A stretch of 64,000 nucleotides of DNA, taken from positions 1 through 64,000 of IMG/VR virus record IMGVR_UViG_3300021594_000641; one strand, given 5' to 3'. The DNA comes from a virus. Both the position numbers and the translations under genes were made by a program. Below the pieces are notes generated by a model that was given only the letters and a program-made list of their open reading frames with translations, ran no database searches and was not told the DNA's origin. Below are positions 25,147 through 33,936 of this stretch, piece after piece. The number at the start of each line of letters is the position of its first letter. The stretch's first letter is position 1.

Positions 25147-25391
25147 TTTTCGTCACCAAACCTATTCTGCTCAAGCCAAGCCACCTCAGCGGACAAGGCG
25201 TCGGCACGGTTGTCAAACGGTCCCAGAATAGGACCGCCGACCCTAGACAGGTCGGCGGTCCATTTTCCAGAGTCCGTTGGTTCCACTTCAGAGGCCCTCT
25301 TTATTTCTGACTTACCTTCCGCCATAAGACATCGAAGGGTGTCGTCATAAATAAATTTCAGGCCGCCGTCGGGTCGGACTTCTATCAACAT
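25140..25391 (-). CDS. small conserved protein of the AAA cluster
   Basis: RASEVEP...WTADLSRVGGPILGPF..R..AL.AEVAWL. Confidence 0.65.
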   Translation of the reverse strand: MLIEVRPDGGLKFIYDDTLRCLMAEGKSEIKRASEVEPTDSGKWTADLSRVGGPILGPFDNRADALSAEVAWLEQNRFGDEKW

Positions 25392-25397
25392 TTAACT

Positions 25398-25583
25398 TTA
25401 TCCCCTTGTGTGTATACGGCTGTTCTCTTCTTTCTCGTAAAATTCTTTCTTTAGGGCAGACCCAGTTGTCTTGCCCAAAGCCTCCTGCAGGCTGTCTGTC
25501 AGACCCTGACAAGAGGAGCCTTTGACGCCGTTGACGTCAAACTCGACTTGCCCGTCACGACCGATGTTCACAATAATTTCCAT
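25398..25583 (-). CDS. DUF2997 family protein
   Basis: I.V.I..DG.V...V.GVKG..C..LT..L..ALG......K.EFY. Confidence 0.75.
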   Translation of the reverse strand: MEIIVNIGRDGQVEFDVNGVKGSSCQGLTDSLQEALGKTTGSALKKEFYEKEENSRIHTRG

Positions 25584-25595
25584 GACAATGTCCTC

Positions 25596-25964
25596 CTAGC
25601 GGGAAAACCTTAGTTGAATAGTCCCATCCTGGTTGAGCTGTCGACCCAGAAGCCGTAGGCCTTGCTGCTGAGCCTTGTTGACAGTGACAGCCTCAGCATA
25701 CCCTTGCTGAAGTGCGTGCATCTTGGAGATGTCTCCCCAAGAGCCGTTGTAATTGTCATAGGCGACTGTTCCGTCCTCCTTTACAACCAACGGATATGAC
25801 CATCCTGGAATGTCAACCCTTGTTAGATTCTCTCCTCTCTCAGTGTTCTCAAATAAGCGTACCTCTTTCAGGCCGGTTGTTACCTTGTAACCCAAACCCT
25901 CAGCGACCTGCCGCAGAGTGTCCACGTCCTTGATCTCAGTCTTAACCGTTGCCGTGTGGCTCAT
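25596..25964 (-). CDS. DUF1257 (Ycf35-like) protein
   Basis: MSH...VKTEIKD...L......LG...; YDNY.G.WG; L.Q.YA; AAGGAAGG RBS. Confidence 0.75.
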   Translation of the reverse strand: MSHTATVKTEIKDVDTLRQVAEGLGYKVTTGLKEVRLFENTERGENLTRVDIPGWSYPLVVKEDGTVAYDNYNGSWGDISKMHALQQGYAEAVTVNKAQQQGLRLLGRQLNQDGTIQLRFSR

Positions 25965-25980
25965 CGGAATCCTTCCTTTC

Positions 25981-27147
25981 TTAATCCAAAGACAAAGTAC
26001 GAACGAACCCACCAAAGGCTCGCTCATGGGTCTCAACGGCGGTCAACTCTTCCCGCACGTTCTTCAGTGAAGCAGACATGGCTTTAGCCATGTCAGAGTT
26101 GCTGTTCAAGTCTTTAAGGTTTATACCCTCAAGACTATTACGGATGTTGGCTAACCTCTGCTGGAGGTCGCCAGTCGCCATGAACGAAAAGGCTTGCAGC
26201 TTGTCGTAAGCCTCTTTCACTGCATTGAAAGAGGAGCTACGAAGCTTAGCCCCATTGTTCAAGGACTCTTCAAGGTGGGCCAAAGTCTGAGCAAACTCAG
26301 TCAATGGCTCCTGGACCATTTTCTTGACTGCTTCTCCGATGGCCTCGCTAGTGGCCCTCTGAGCTTCAGTCAACCACGCCGAGCCCGCTGTGAGGTCTGA
26401 GAGAGCCTCACCCGCGTTCTCGTTGCACACCTCTTTGATGGCAGCAGTCAGGTCAGGCAAAAGCCTTTCCATCATGCTTGAGTCGCCAGCTGTCAGGCCC
26501 ATACCTTTTATCTTTGCAGATATCAAGGTATCGAAGTTAGACGGGAGGCCTCCTCCCATCGGAAAAAGGATTGCCGAAATCTTGTGGCGATTTACAAACT
26601 CTTCGCCAGATACGAGGAAGCCTTTAAGCACCTCGTACTCTACCGGAAAGTCTGTTTTTATCCTTTCCACATGCTGCTCCCACATAGGCCGCAGCTCTTC
26701 GGCTTTCGCCCGGTATTCCTGGCGAACCTCTTCTATCGAGGATAGTACCTGCTGAACAGGTCTTACCCCATGACGGTTTGGCGCTACTGGAATCAACCAG
26801 GAGCCGCCAACAAAAGGAGTACCTACCGTGAGTAGGTTCCTGGCACGGGCTCCTATCCGCGCCATTTGGTTTCTGAGATTCTGCGGCAAGACTTTGAATC
26901 TTGCGCCGGCAACCAGGTCTTTTGGTACTACCTGGTCGCCGGATCTGATCTCAGCATCCGGGATAATCTTCTCCATAGGCGGAGACTCTACGGTAACTTT
27001 TACCGCAAGAAACCTTTCCCTCAGAGAACGGAGCATAACCGAAGATGGATACCTAGAAATATCTACAGATATTTCAGGCGTCTCCACCCTTATTCCGGTT
27101 GCCGTTGCCGTGGCTGCCTCTTCTGCAGTTTCAATTTCTTCTGACAT
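25981..27147 (-). CDS. DUF3150-like helical protein
   Basis: LL..GTPFVGGSWLIP segment followed by long helices; position in the AAA/DUF1257/DUF2997 cluster. Confidence 0.5.
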   Translation of the reverse strand: MSEEIETAEEAATATATGIRVETPEISVDISRYPSSVMLRSLRERFLAVKVTVESPPMEKIIPDAEIRSGDQVVPKDLVAGARFKVLPQNLRNQMARIGARARNLLTVGTPFVGGSWLIPVAPNRHGVRPVQQVLSSIEEVRQEYRAKAEELRPMWEQHVERIKTDFPVEYEVLKGFLVSGEEFVNRHKISAILFPMGGGLPSNFDTLISAKIKGMGLTAGDSSMMERLLPDLTAAIKEVCNENAGEALSDLTAGSAWLTEAQRATSEAIGEAVKKMVQEPLTEFAQTLAHLEESLNNGAKLRSSSFNAVKEAYDKLQAFSFMATGDLQQRLANIRNSLEGINLKDLNSNSDMAKAMSASLKNVREELTAVETHERAFGGFVRTLSLD

Positions 27148-27159
27148 GTCTTCCTCCTG

Positions 27160-27192
27160 AAAAAAACCAGGGCAGCGATGTGCTGCCCTGGT
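27160..27192 (-). terminator. intrinsic terminator
   Basis: ACCAGGGCAGC-5nt-GCTGCCCTGGT followed by a T run on the minus strand. Confidence 0.8.
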
Positions 27193-27206
27193 GTCCTGTC
27201 AATCAA

Positions 27207-28850
27207 TCAACGAACCAGGTTGGGGTCTCCTATCTCCGCAGACAAACTGCGGGTTTTGACTTGAGCCGATTCGGCTCTGCGTCGAGAAACCGGAAGGGCG
27301 TGCTCTTTGCCGAACTTTCGGATTTGAGCAATACCTTCAGGGTTTCTTCTGGTCAAAGGAACTATTCCTTTGAGCTCGGTAACCAGAAGCTCTGGATCAA
27401 AACGCCAACGGTTCTCCTCAGAGATAGCCATGGCCTTGAACACGACGTTCCTCACGCCTTGCTCGATCTCAGCACCGACAAATCCGTCGGTGACTGATAC
27501 TACTTTATTCCAGTTAGACTCGGTGAAATGGTCAAACTGGATGTTTCGTTTCCTCATGTGGATCTCGCAAATTTTCCTCCTTTCTAAATCTGCAGGAGTA
27601 TCCACGAAGAACACTTCGTCGAACCGGCCAGAACGAAGCAGCTCGGGAGGCATACCGTCCACTCTGTTCATGGTCATTACCACGAACGTTTTGGACTTCT
27701 TCTCGGCCAACCATGTTAGTAGGTTGCCGAAGATACGCCGGGTAACGCCGCTATCACCAGAGCTTTCATGCGCATTGCCGAAAGCCTTGTCGGCCTCGTC
27801 AATTAGCAAGACACAGCCGTTCATCGCGTCTACCTTCCTGAGGGCATCGCGCATACGAGCCTCGGACTCACCAACAAGCGAGTTGAAGATAGCGCCTACG
27901 TCAAGGCGTACCAGGGCGATACCTAGCTTCTGCCCGATGACAGAGCCGCAGACTGACTTGCCAGAACCGGGCACGCCGACTAGGGCACAACCCTTCGGCT
28001 GCTCGATCTGGAATTCTTCCGCCTTGGCCGTGTAAGCGATCAGGCGGTAGTTCAGCCAGTCCTCGAACTCTTCATAGCCAGCCAAGTCCTCCAGCTTGGC
28101 GATCTTGTCCCTAGAGGTGTAAGTAAGGGTCTGGCTCTTTTTAAGCAGCTGGCCCTTCGTTTCTTCGATGTACCTAAGGGCTGGGGAAGCCAAGCCCCTT
28201 GACCTAATGAAAGCCTCGCTCAAAGCTTGGTGGGCCTCGGAGCCTGTAAGACCGCCCAAAGACGTCAGCAGCTGATAATTAAAGTCAGCTGTTGTGTCCA
28301 CAGCGCTGGAGTCTCCGCCAGCTTGTATCTCCTCCCTCACTTTGTTTACAGTCAGCTGAAGTTCATCAGCTGTCGGGTAAGGCATCTCTACCTGCTTAAC
28401 GTAAGGCAGGCAATCGGGGTTGAAATTAGACTCCGTGGGAGTCATGATGACTACCAGCCTTGTCGTGCCTTTGCTGATAAAGGCCGACTCAGCTACCGCC
28501 CTGTTAAAGGCTGACACTACCGCTGGGTTTGAACCCAGCTCGTAGTGGAAGTTTAACAACACGATGATGGCATTAGCCTTAGAGTCCACCGGGTCGTTCC
28601 GGTTTGGATCGGCTATTGCCTGTACTGCTTGTACAGGGTTCATCAAGTTGTTTTGACCGAAACCCCTAGCCGCGTCCCATATAGCCAGAAACCATTTCTT
28701 GTTCTCTTTGTTGGTAGCCTCCAGTTCTTGTGTTAGTTCCCGAAGCATGTGAATAGCCTCGGCCTGTTGACCTCCTACTATCAAGTGCAGGGCCTGCACG
28801 TTCGCCTTGATGTAAACCTTGATATCCTGAGCCAGCTTAGTCACGCTCAT
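27207..28850 (-). CDS. Ycf46-type AAA+ ATPase
   Basis: Walker A GVPGSGKS, LDVGAIFNSLVGESE..MR.AL, Walker B LLIDEADK, SRH LPPELLRSGRFDEVFFVD; degenerate N-terminal AAA module; GGAGG RBS. Confidence 0.9.
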   Translation of the reverse strand: MSVTKLAQDIKVYIKANVQALHLIVGGQQAEAIHMLRELTQELEATNKENKKWFLAIWDAARGFGQNNLMNPVQAVQAIADPNRNDPVDSKANAIIVLLNFHYELGSNPAVVSAFNRAVAESAFISKGTTRLVVIMTPTESNFNPDCLPYVKQVEMPYPTADELQLTVNKVREEIQAGGDSSAVDTTADFNYQLLTSLGGLTGSEAHQALSEAFIRSRGLASPALRYIEETKGQLLKKSQTLTYTSRDKIAKLEDLAGYEEFEDWLNYRLIAYTAKAEEFQIEQPKGCALVGVPGSGKSVCGSVIGQKLGIALVRLDVGAIFNSLVGESEARMRDALRKVDAMNGCVLLIDEADKAFGNAHESSGDSGVTRRIFGNLLTWLAEKKSKTFVVMTMNRVDGMPPELLRSGRFDEVFFVDTPADLERRKICEIHMRKRNIQFDHFTESNWNKVVSVTDGFVGAEIEQGVRNVVFKAMAISEENRWRFDPELLVTELKGIVPLTRRNPEGIAQIRKFGKEHALPVSRRRAESAQVKTRSLSAEIGDPNLVR

Positions 28851-28870
28851 CGAACAACCTCCATGAAAAT

Positions 28871-28898
28871 AAAAAACGGGAGGAACCTTCCTCCCGTT
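28871..28898 (-). terminator. intrinsic terminator closing the array 2 transcript
   Basis: AACGGGAGGAA-GG-TTCCTCCCGTT then TTTTATTT on the minus strand, 35 nt beyond the last repeat. Confidence 0.8.
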
Positions 28899-28933
28899 AC
28901 CCAGTAAAACACCTTACCGAGGATCAACCCGCA

Positions 28934-29084
28934 CCCCTTATTCACGCGAGAGTGGGTGAGACGATCTAGGGGCGTCCACCACACAAATGCTCTCACCCTT
29001 ATCCACGCACGCGTGGGTGAGACGCCTTGAGTATTAGGTCCTCAAAGCGCTTTTTCCCCTTATCCACGCACGCGTGGGTGAGAC
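28934..29084 (-). CRISPR. CRISPR mini-array 2: 3 repeats, 2 spacers of 32 bp
   Basis: Same 29-bp repeat at 28934 (degenerate), 28995 and 29056; 61-bp period. Confidence 0.93.
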
Positions 29085-29146
29085 CCTAAGGTCTCACCGT
29101 CCATCCGGACATTACAGTTCGTTACGAACTGTTTAGGCTTAAGGGT
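29085..29146 (-). promoter_or_regulatory. conserved structured leader / cis anti-repeat of array 2
   Basis: 62 nt, identical to 30491-30552. Confidence 0.9.
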
Positions 29147-29738
29147 TGTCTCCTGTTCTAGAAGACTGCATATCGTAAACAGCGTTGAACATTTCTGGGT
29201 CATCGCTGTAATCGTATTTTACTTTCTCAAGTATCTTACTGAACTCTTCTTTCATGCCAACCTTTAAAACATCAGGCGGAGTAAGTAAACCTTCTGATTT
29301 TAAAGTTTGGGCGATGTAGTTAACTATGTCTTCAGAGAAGGGATTTTCTTCGTCGTCCTCTGGAGGACTTATGAGCATACCTTCTGACATTCCCCACGCT
29401 ATCTCAGCCGAGTCAGCTGGGTCGAAAACTGCTGGGTCGTAAGAGTCTCCAGCTAAAACGTTACAAAGAGCTATAAAGTCAGGCAGAGACTTATAGAAGC
29501 TATCTGTGGTCAAAATGGCTATTCCAGCCATAAGCCTATCAAATACACTTCTTTCTACCTTTACTCCGAAGTCTTGTTCTATCTCTGACTGGATCGTCAT
29601 AGGATCCCAGTCGAGACCTTCCGTCCCGTATGTGTCTATGAACAAAGCCAAAAGAGTCGTGGCAAAACTGTCTGGGTTTTGCCACACCCTTTTTCTAGCT
29701 TGAAAGCTATCAGACACATTAGAACGGGAGTCGTCCAT
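29139..29738 (-). CDS. hypothetical phage protein; stop codon lies inside the CRISPR leader motif
   Basis: 199 aa ending GDNP*, where CCC TAA comes from ACCCTTAA. Confidence 0.7.
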   Translation of the reverse strand: MDDSRSNVSDSFQARKRVWQNPDSFATTLLALFIDTYGTEGLDWDPMTIQSEIEQDFGVKVERSVFDRLMAGIAILTTDSFYKSLPDFIALCNVLAGDSYDPAVFDPADSAEIAWGMSEGMLISPPEDDEENPFSEDIVNYIAQTLKSEGLLTPPDVLKVGMKEEFSKILEKVKYDYSDDPEMFNAVYDMQSSRTGDNP

Positions 29739-30034
29739 TAGAAGCCCGCTTGGATTGGGAAGTGAGCCCTACATTTCTTAACAGGAGAATTTTTGAAAGC
29801 TTCTCCAACCAAAACATTACCAGAGTCGTCTACCCACTCAACCCAGGGAGAGCCGTTAAAGCCCGGTCTGTTCAACCCTAGCTTAACAGCATGATCCAGA
29901 GCAGCTTGTCTAGCTTGGAGGCTGTAAACCTGCTCAAGGTTGTCTCCCTCTACTGCAACCTCTGCCCGATCTCCGGTTCTTTGGCTGGCCGCTTCTGCAA
30001 TCTTCATAACTTTCCTTTCTTTTATAAAAAACAA
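29738..30034 (-). CDS. hypothetical protein
   Basis: Probable start MKIAEA after a GGAAAG RBS. Confidence 0.6.
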   Translation of the reverse strand: MFFIKERKVMKIAEAASQRTGDRAEVAVEGDNLEQVYSLQARQAALDHAVKLGLNRPGFNGSPWVEWVDDSGNVLVGEAFKNSPVKKCRAHFPIQAGF

Positions 30035-30161
30035 AAAGACAGCTTTATATTACTAACAACGTTATGTTTTGCCAATAGCTAAGCAAATAGCCTCGGTTAC
30101 CCACACCGTTAAAGTAGGCGTGGGAAGGTTTACTTTTAATATAAAATTAAATTAAATTTTT

Positions 30162-30212
30162 AGTTTTAAAAGTTTAAGTTCTGAACAAGCCAGGACTTAA
30201 ACTTTTAAAACT
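30162..30212. repeat. long AT-rich hairpin at the trailer end of array 3
   Basis: AGTTTTAAAAGTTTAAGT...ACTTAAACTTTTAAAACT, 18-bp perfect arms. Confidence 0.8.
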
Positions 30213-30217
30213 TATAT

Positions 30218-30490
30218 ACTCACGACCAGGGTCGCGAGGGTGAGACCCTGAGGCCCCACGCTGCCGGATTTCATCCACCCCTTATCAACTCACGCGTGGT
30301 TGAGACAGGTGAGCATGGATGGTGAAAGGCCGGACTATCCCCTTATTCACGCACGCGTGGGTGAGACTCCTCAAAAGCGCCATTTCGCGATTTTCCAGGT
30401 CCCCTTATCCACGCACGCGTGGGTGAGACGATGGTAGAACCTCACGCAACTCGCCCTAATACCCCTTATCCACGCACGCGTGGGTGAGAC
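30218..30490 (-). CRISPR. CRISPR mini-array 3: 4 full repeats plus 1 partial, 4 spacers (31, 32, 33 and 32 bp)
   Basis: Repeats at 30278, 30339, 30401 and 30462; partial repeat ending at 30246; decay increases away from the leader. Confidence 0.93.
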
Positions 30491-30552
30491 CCTAAGGTCT
30501 CACCGTCCATCCGGACATTACAGTTCGTTACGAACTGTTTAGGCTTAAGGGT
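30491..30552 (-). promoter_or_regulatory. conserved structured leader / cis anti-repeat of array 3
   Basis: 62 nt, identical to 29085-29146. Confidence 0.9.
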
Positions 30553-30566
30553 AAAAACAAATTACA

Positions 30567-30575
30567 ACTATATCA
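30567..30575 (-). promoter_or_regulatory. candidate extended -10 promoter for array 3
   Basis: TGnTATAGT ending 14 nt upstream of the leader in an AT-rich gap. Confidence 0.4.
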
Positions 30576-30610
30576 ACATCGTATTATGACAGAACTTTGT
30601 TATTTATTAA

Positions 30611-30910
30611 CTAAAGAGTTGTTTGTACTATTTTTCCGTTGTCCGTCCTTTGCAGTATCCTTATCTTGTCTGCTCCTATGTGTTCTTTGAACTTAGCCAG
30701 ACTCTCTCCTCTAAGGTTCGATATAACTGTCTTTACTTTTGAGTAGTCAGCGATTTTATCCCTAGCCCTCATTGCGCAAGGTTTGCAGCCAGGCTTTGAA
30801 GACTTAGAGGCTGCCGCCAGCTTTATGCTAGGCAAGTCAGCCAGCAGCTTAGGGTTAGACAGAATTGAAGCTATAAGGGCTTCTTCTATGATTACTATTT
30901 TTTCTGCCAT
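30611..30910 (-). CDS. hypothetical protein
   Basis: ORF with a CxPC motif. Confidence 0.6.
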   Translation of the reverse strand: MAEKIVIIEEALIASILSNPKLLADLPSIKLAAASKSSKPGCKPCAMRARDKIADYSKVKTVISNLRGESLAKFKEHIGADKIRILQRTDNGKIVQTTL

Positions 30911-30917
30911 CTTACAC

Positions 30918-31385
30918 CTAGCCTATGGAAGAAGACGAGTCTGCTGGAGGAGGGTCTCCAATTTTCAAATTATCAGAAGGCTCCATTACGTCCATGATAT
31001 TTAAAGTTGATACCAGGTTTGTTACTTCTTCTACTAAAATTTGCCAAGCGTCTTCGGCTACTGACTGGGACCTGAACACAAGGTCTACATAGTCCAATCT
31101 GCAAAACTGAGGAAAACCTTCAGGGTTTGGCTCGTCCTCAGGATACTCTTCTATATCTGAAGGAGAACAAACTCCGTCAAAGGCCAGTCTGTAAGTTGCC
31201 TCCCTTGCGTTCAAATCTTCCTTGGCGTATCTAAATATTTTATTGGGTATGTTGTTACCGCCGTAAGCTTCTACCTTGAACCTAAAGCCGTCTATGCTGT
31301 TTGCGTTAGTCCTTGTTTGTGTGTACCTCTTCAAATAGAGTCCACGACCGTAGTCGCCTATTGAAATGCTGCTGCTATCAGGCAT
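30918..31385 (-). CDS. hypothetical (probable virion) protein
   Basis: ORF continuous with the structural operon. Confidence 0.65.
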   Translation of the reverse strand: MPDSSSISIGDYGRGLYLKRYTQTRTNANSIDGFRFKVEAYGGNNIPNKIFRYAKEDLNAREATYRLAFDGVCSPSDIEEYPEDEPNPEGFPQFCRLDYVDLVFRSQSVAEDAWQILVEEVTNLVSTLNIMDVMEPSDNLKIGDPPPADSSSSIG

Positions 31386-31392
31386 GATTCAC

Positions 31393-33399
31393 CTATATGT
31401 TAAAGATAGGCTGGTTAGCGCCTCTTCTAGCGGTGCTTGACCAACATACTATTTTTTTGTCACCGTTCCAGCTTTTAAGATTATATCCATTTTGCCAGAC
31501 TTGTTCACCTATGCAAATGTCTCCACCGTTGTGAGACAGCCTTTCGTCGGGCACGTCGGCTTTCTTTAAAGCTTCTGTCTTCAAAGCCCAGAAGCTGCCG
31601 GTAACAAAAAATATCTTGTTGGCATTCACAGACTCTTTTCCTGACTTGTCTCTGAACTGCCTTCCTTTGTACCACTTTCCTTGCTTGATCCAATTAGCGT
31701 GTCTATCTTGTAAAGCGTAATGATAGATAGGTCCTAGCATACCAAAGTTAGAGTCTGCTATACTTGTAGAATTTATTACAGAGCATAGCTTGTCAAACCA
31801 CAGCGGGTCTGTGTCGCACATGGTATCGTCATCAAACCATAGAACCCATTTTGTTTTTATTGGAAACTTTTCGTCGTGGAACATTTCTCTCATGCACGGG
31901 TATTTGAATTTATTTTTGTCCGAACTGTAAATGACACTGACTACTCCATCGTTGAATAGTTTTTTGCAAAGCTCTTGGGTGTCAAGACAAACGTTGTTGC
32001 AGTAAACCCTGAGCTCTACAGAATCTCTGGTAGTCGTGTTTTGAATTGCTGTAAGACACCTTCTGTGCATGTCAGGAAAGTTTCCATAGAGCAGAACAAA
32101 CATTGTTATCTTTCCGCCTATGTGCGGAGAGTCTACGAGCCTGGTACCGGCGGATTGTCTGACCACAGGTCCGTTGAAAGCATCAACCATCAAGTTAGTT
32201 CTTGGAGACGCCAGCTCTGGGGTCACTAGCTTTGGAGGACCTGTGTCTATTGTTTCCTTCTTGTTTACCGCCAAAGACAATTCAGTCACTGCGTAAGGTG
32301 TTTCATTTATGGGCATGTCCAACATCTGTTCGCTCATGGTAGGTTCGCCTCCTTCCCTTAAAACGAACAAGCTGAACCTTTCCTCGCCTTGTTTAAAAGT
32401 TATAGGCTGGGTTACATCTGGAAGCACCATACCCTCCAATAACGGCAAAGTGCCGTCTAGGTAATAACTCAAAACAGAACCTACCACTTTTTCAACAGTT
32501 ATCATGTCCATGCACAGCGGAACCATCTGACCTTTTTCCGCCTGCACTGGATACGAGCAAAAACTTCTGTCTCCTTCAGCCCTTTGTACTTTATTTTTCC
32601 AGCAGCCTTTCTTGGCGCAGCAGTCAAGCTTTCCTATGGTGTGAAGATATCTATGGCTTACAGGCAACAAATTTTGAACCGGCACCAGAGCGGGATTTCT
32701 TTGGTGATACGCTTCCCACCACCATTCTTCCCTGCCAGCACCTGTTACTACGCAAGGCTTTCCAAAGGCTGCGGCTATGTGCATCGCTGAAGTGATTGTG
32801 CAAATAACTCCGTCTGCGCTGTTTATCAGACGCATCATTTGTCTGATGTCTGTTTTTCCCACCATGTCTAAAACGTTGTTCAGTTTAGGGTGAGCGTGTG
32901 TAGGATGACTTCCTTTACCGCCTACCTGAACAAACTTTATTCCAAAGGGCCTTAAAGAATCCACAACCTTCTGGCACCTGTCGTATATCCAGTGCTTTGT
33001 TGTAAAGTCGTTCTTACCCCCAGCCACTATTACCCAATAGCGTCCTTCTATCAAAGACTCTTGCTCTTCTTCGTTTAAATGTAAATCTGGATGAGGCTGA
33101 AGCAGAGACACTTTTATGTTAGTTTGTTTTTCAAAATCTTTATGGAAAGAGCTTATGAAATGAGTATGTTCTGTAGCCGCTTTTTTTATGTAAGCTCCGT
33201 ACGTTAGGTTTACTATCCTGGCGTTCTTCTTGTCAGGCATTGGCTTAACGTAAGGATTGTTAAGCCACACGTCTCTAAACGTAGTGTCTACATTTATGTG
33301 AAATCTTCCTGGGTAACTCTTCTCAAGATCGCGTGCAAGGGCGGTCATTACGACTATGTCGCCTAAAGCCCTTTGGTGCCTTAATATGATCTTTTCCAT
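31393..33399 (-). CDS. two-domain glycosyltransferase: GT9 (heptosyltransferase-like, GT-B) plus C-terminal GT2-like (GT-A)
   Basis: ALGDIVVMTA, GKTDIRQMM.LI..ADGVI..ITSAMHIAAAFGKP; C-terminal WVLWFDDD. Confidence 0.8.
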   Translation of the reverse strand: MEKIILRHQRALGDIVVMTALARDLEKSYPGRFHINVDTTFRDVWLNNPYVKPMPDKKNARIVNLTYGAYIKKAATEHTHFISSFHKDFEKQTNIKVSLLQPHPDLHLNEEEQESLIEGRYWVIVAGGKNDFTTKHWIYDRCQKVVDSLRPFGIKFVQVGGKGSHPTHAHPKLNNVLDMVGKTDIRQMMRLINSADGVICTITSAMHIAAAFGKPCVVTGAGREEWWWEAYHQRNPALVPVQNLLPVSHRYLHTIGKLDCCAKKGCWKNKVQRAEGDRSFCSYPVQAEKGQMVPLCMDMITVEKVVGSVLSYYLDGTLPLLEGMVLPDVTQPITFKQGEERFSLFVLREGGEPTMSEQMLDMPINETPYAVTELSLAVNKKETIDTGPPKLVTPELASPRTNLMVDAFNGPVVRQSAGTRLVDSPHIGGKITMFVLLYGNFPDMHRRCLTAIQNTTTRDSVELRVYCNNVCLDTQELCKKLFNDGVVSVIYSSDKNKFKYPCMREMFHDEKFPIKTKWVLWFDDDTMCDTDPLWFDKLCSVINSTSIADSNFGMLGPIYHYALQDRHANWIKQGKWYKGRQFRDKSGKESVNANKIFFVTGSFWALKTEALKKADVPDERLSHNGGDICIGEQVWQNGYNLKSWNGDKKIVCWSSTARRGANQPIFNI

Positions 33400-33408
33400 T
33401 TAAGCCTT

Positions 33409-33936
33409 TCAAGACACCGGCTCGTACTTATCGCATTCCGTGCATACGGCTATATCTTTATAGTCACCAGCGCGCCTACATTTTTCAAACAAATTACACT
33501 TGTGCGTTACTGCGCCATTGCAACCGCAGCTTGAAGCTTTTTCTAGCGGTGGTCCTAGATGTACGCAAGGCACTCTAAGCCTTTGAATTTTTTCGTTAGC
33601 TGTTCCTTTGACGTTTATAGTTTTGGGTACTGGTACAGGGTTAGTGTAAGAGCTGCTAAGCTCAACGGGATGTCCCACCATTTCTGGATGGTTTTCTTGA
33701 ATGTATTTAATCAATTCTGCTTTGTAGGGTATGAAAGAAGCGCTAATCTTTAAAAAGTCCAAGCTGACGCTTCCAACAGGTGTCAGCTTGCCGTCGATTA
33801 CTCGCATCTTAACGTTGTGCTCTGCGCACTTAGCTAATATTTCTTGAGGTGTCATCGGCACTCCATTTGGTACGTTTGACCTTCTGTCGGATACGGTGAA
33901 AGTGTAGCAGGGTCTGGAGGAGACGGACAAGAGCAC
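33409..33936 (-). CDS. Cys-rich hypothetical protein
   Basis: C-terminal CVHLG...CGC...HKC...C...C..C. Confidence 0.55.
   Translation of the reverse strand: MLLSVSSRPCYTFTVSDRRSNVPNGVPMTPQEILAKCAEHNVKMRVIDGKLTPVGSVSLDFLKISASFIPYKAELIKYIQENHPEMVGHPVELSSSYTNPVPVPKTINVKGTANEKIQRLRVPCVHLGPPLEKASSCGCNGAVTHKCNLFEKCRRAGDYKDIAVCTECDKYEPVS

Noticed and set aside
28934-30490. TIGR-type dual-spacer array or protein-coding tandem repeat
   Set aside because: Single 29-bp repeat with one 31-33-bp spacer; the 61-62-bp period is not a multiple of 3; no Nop-domain protein seen
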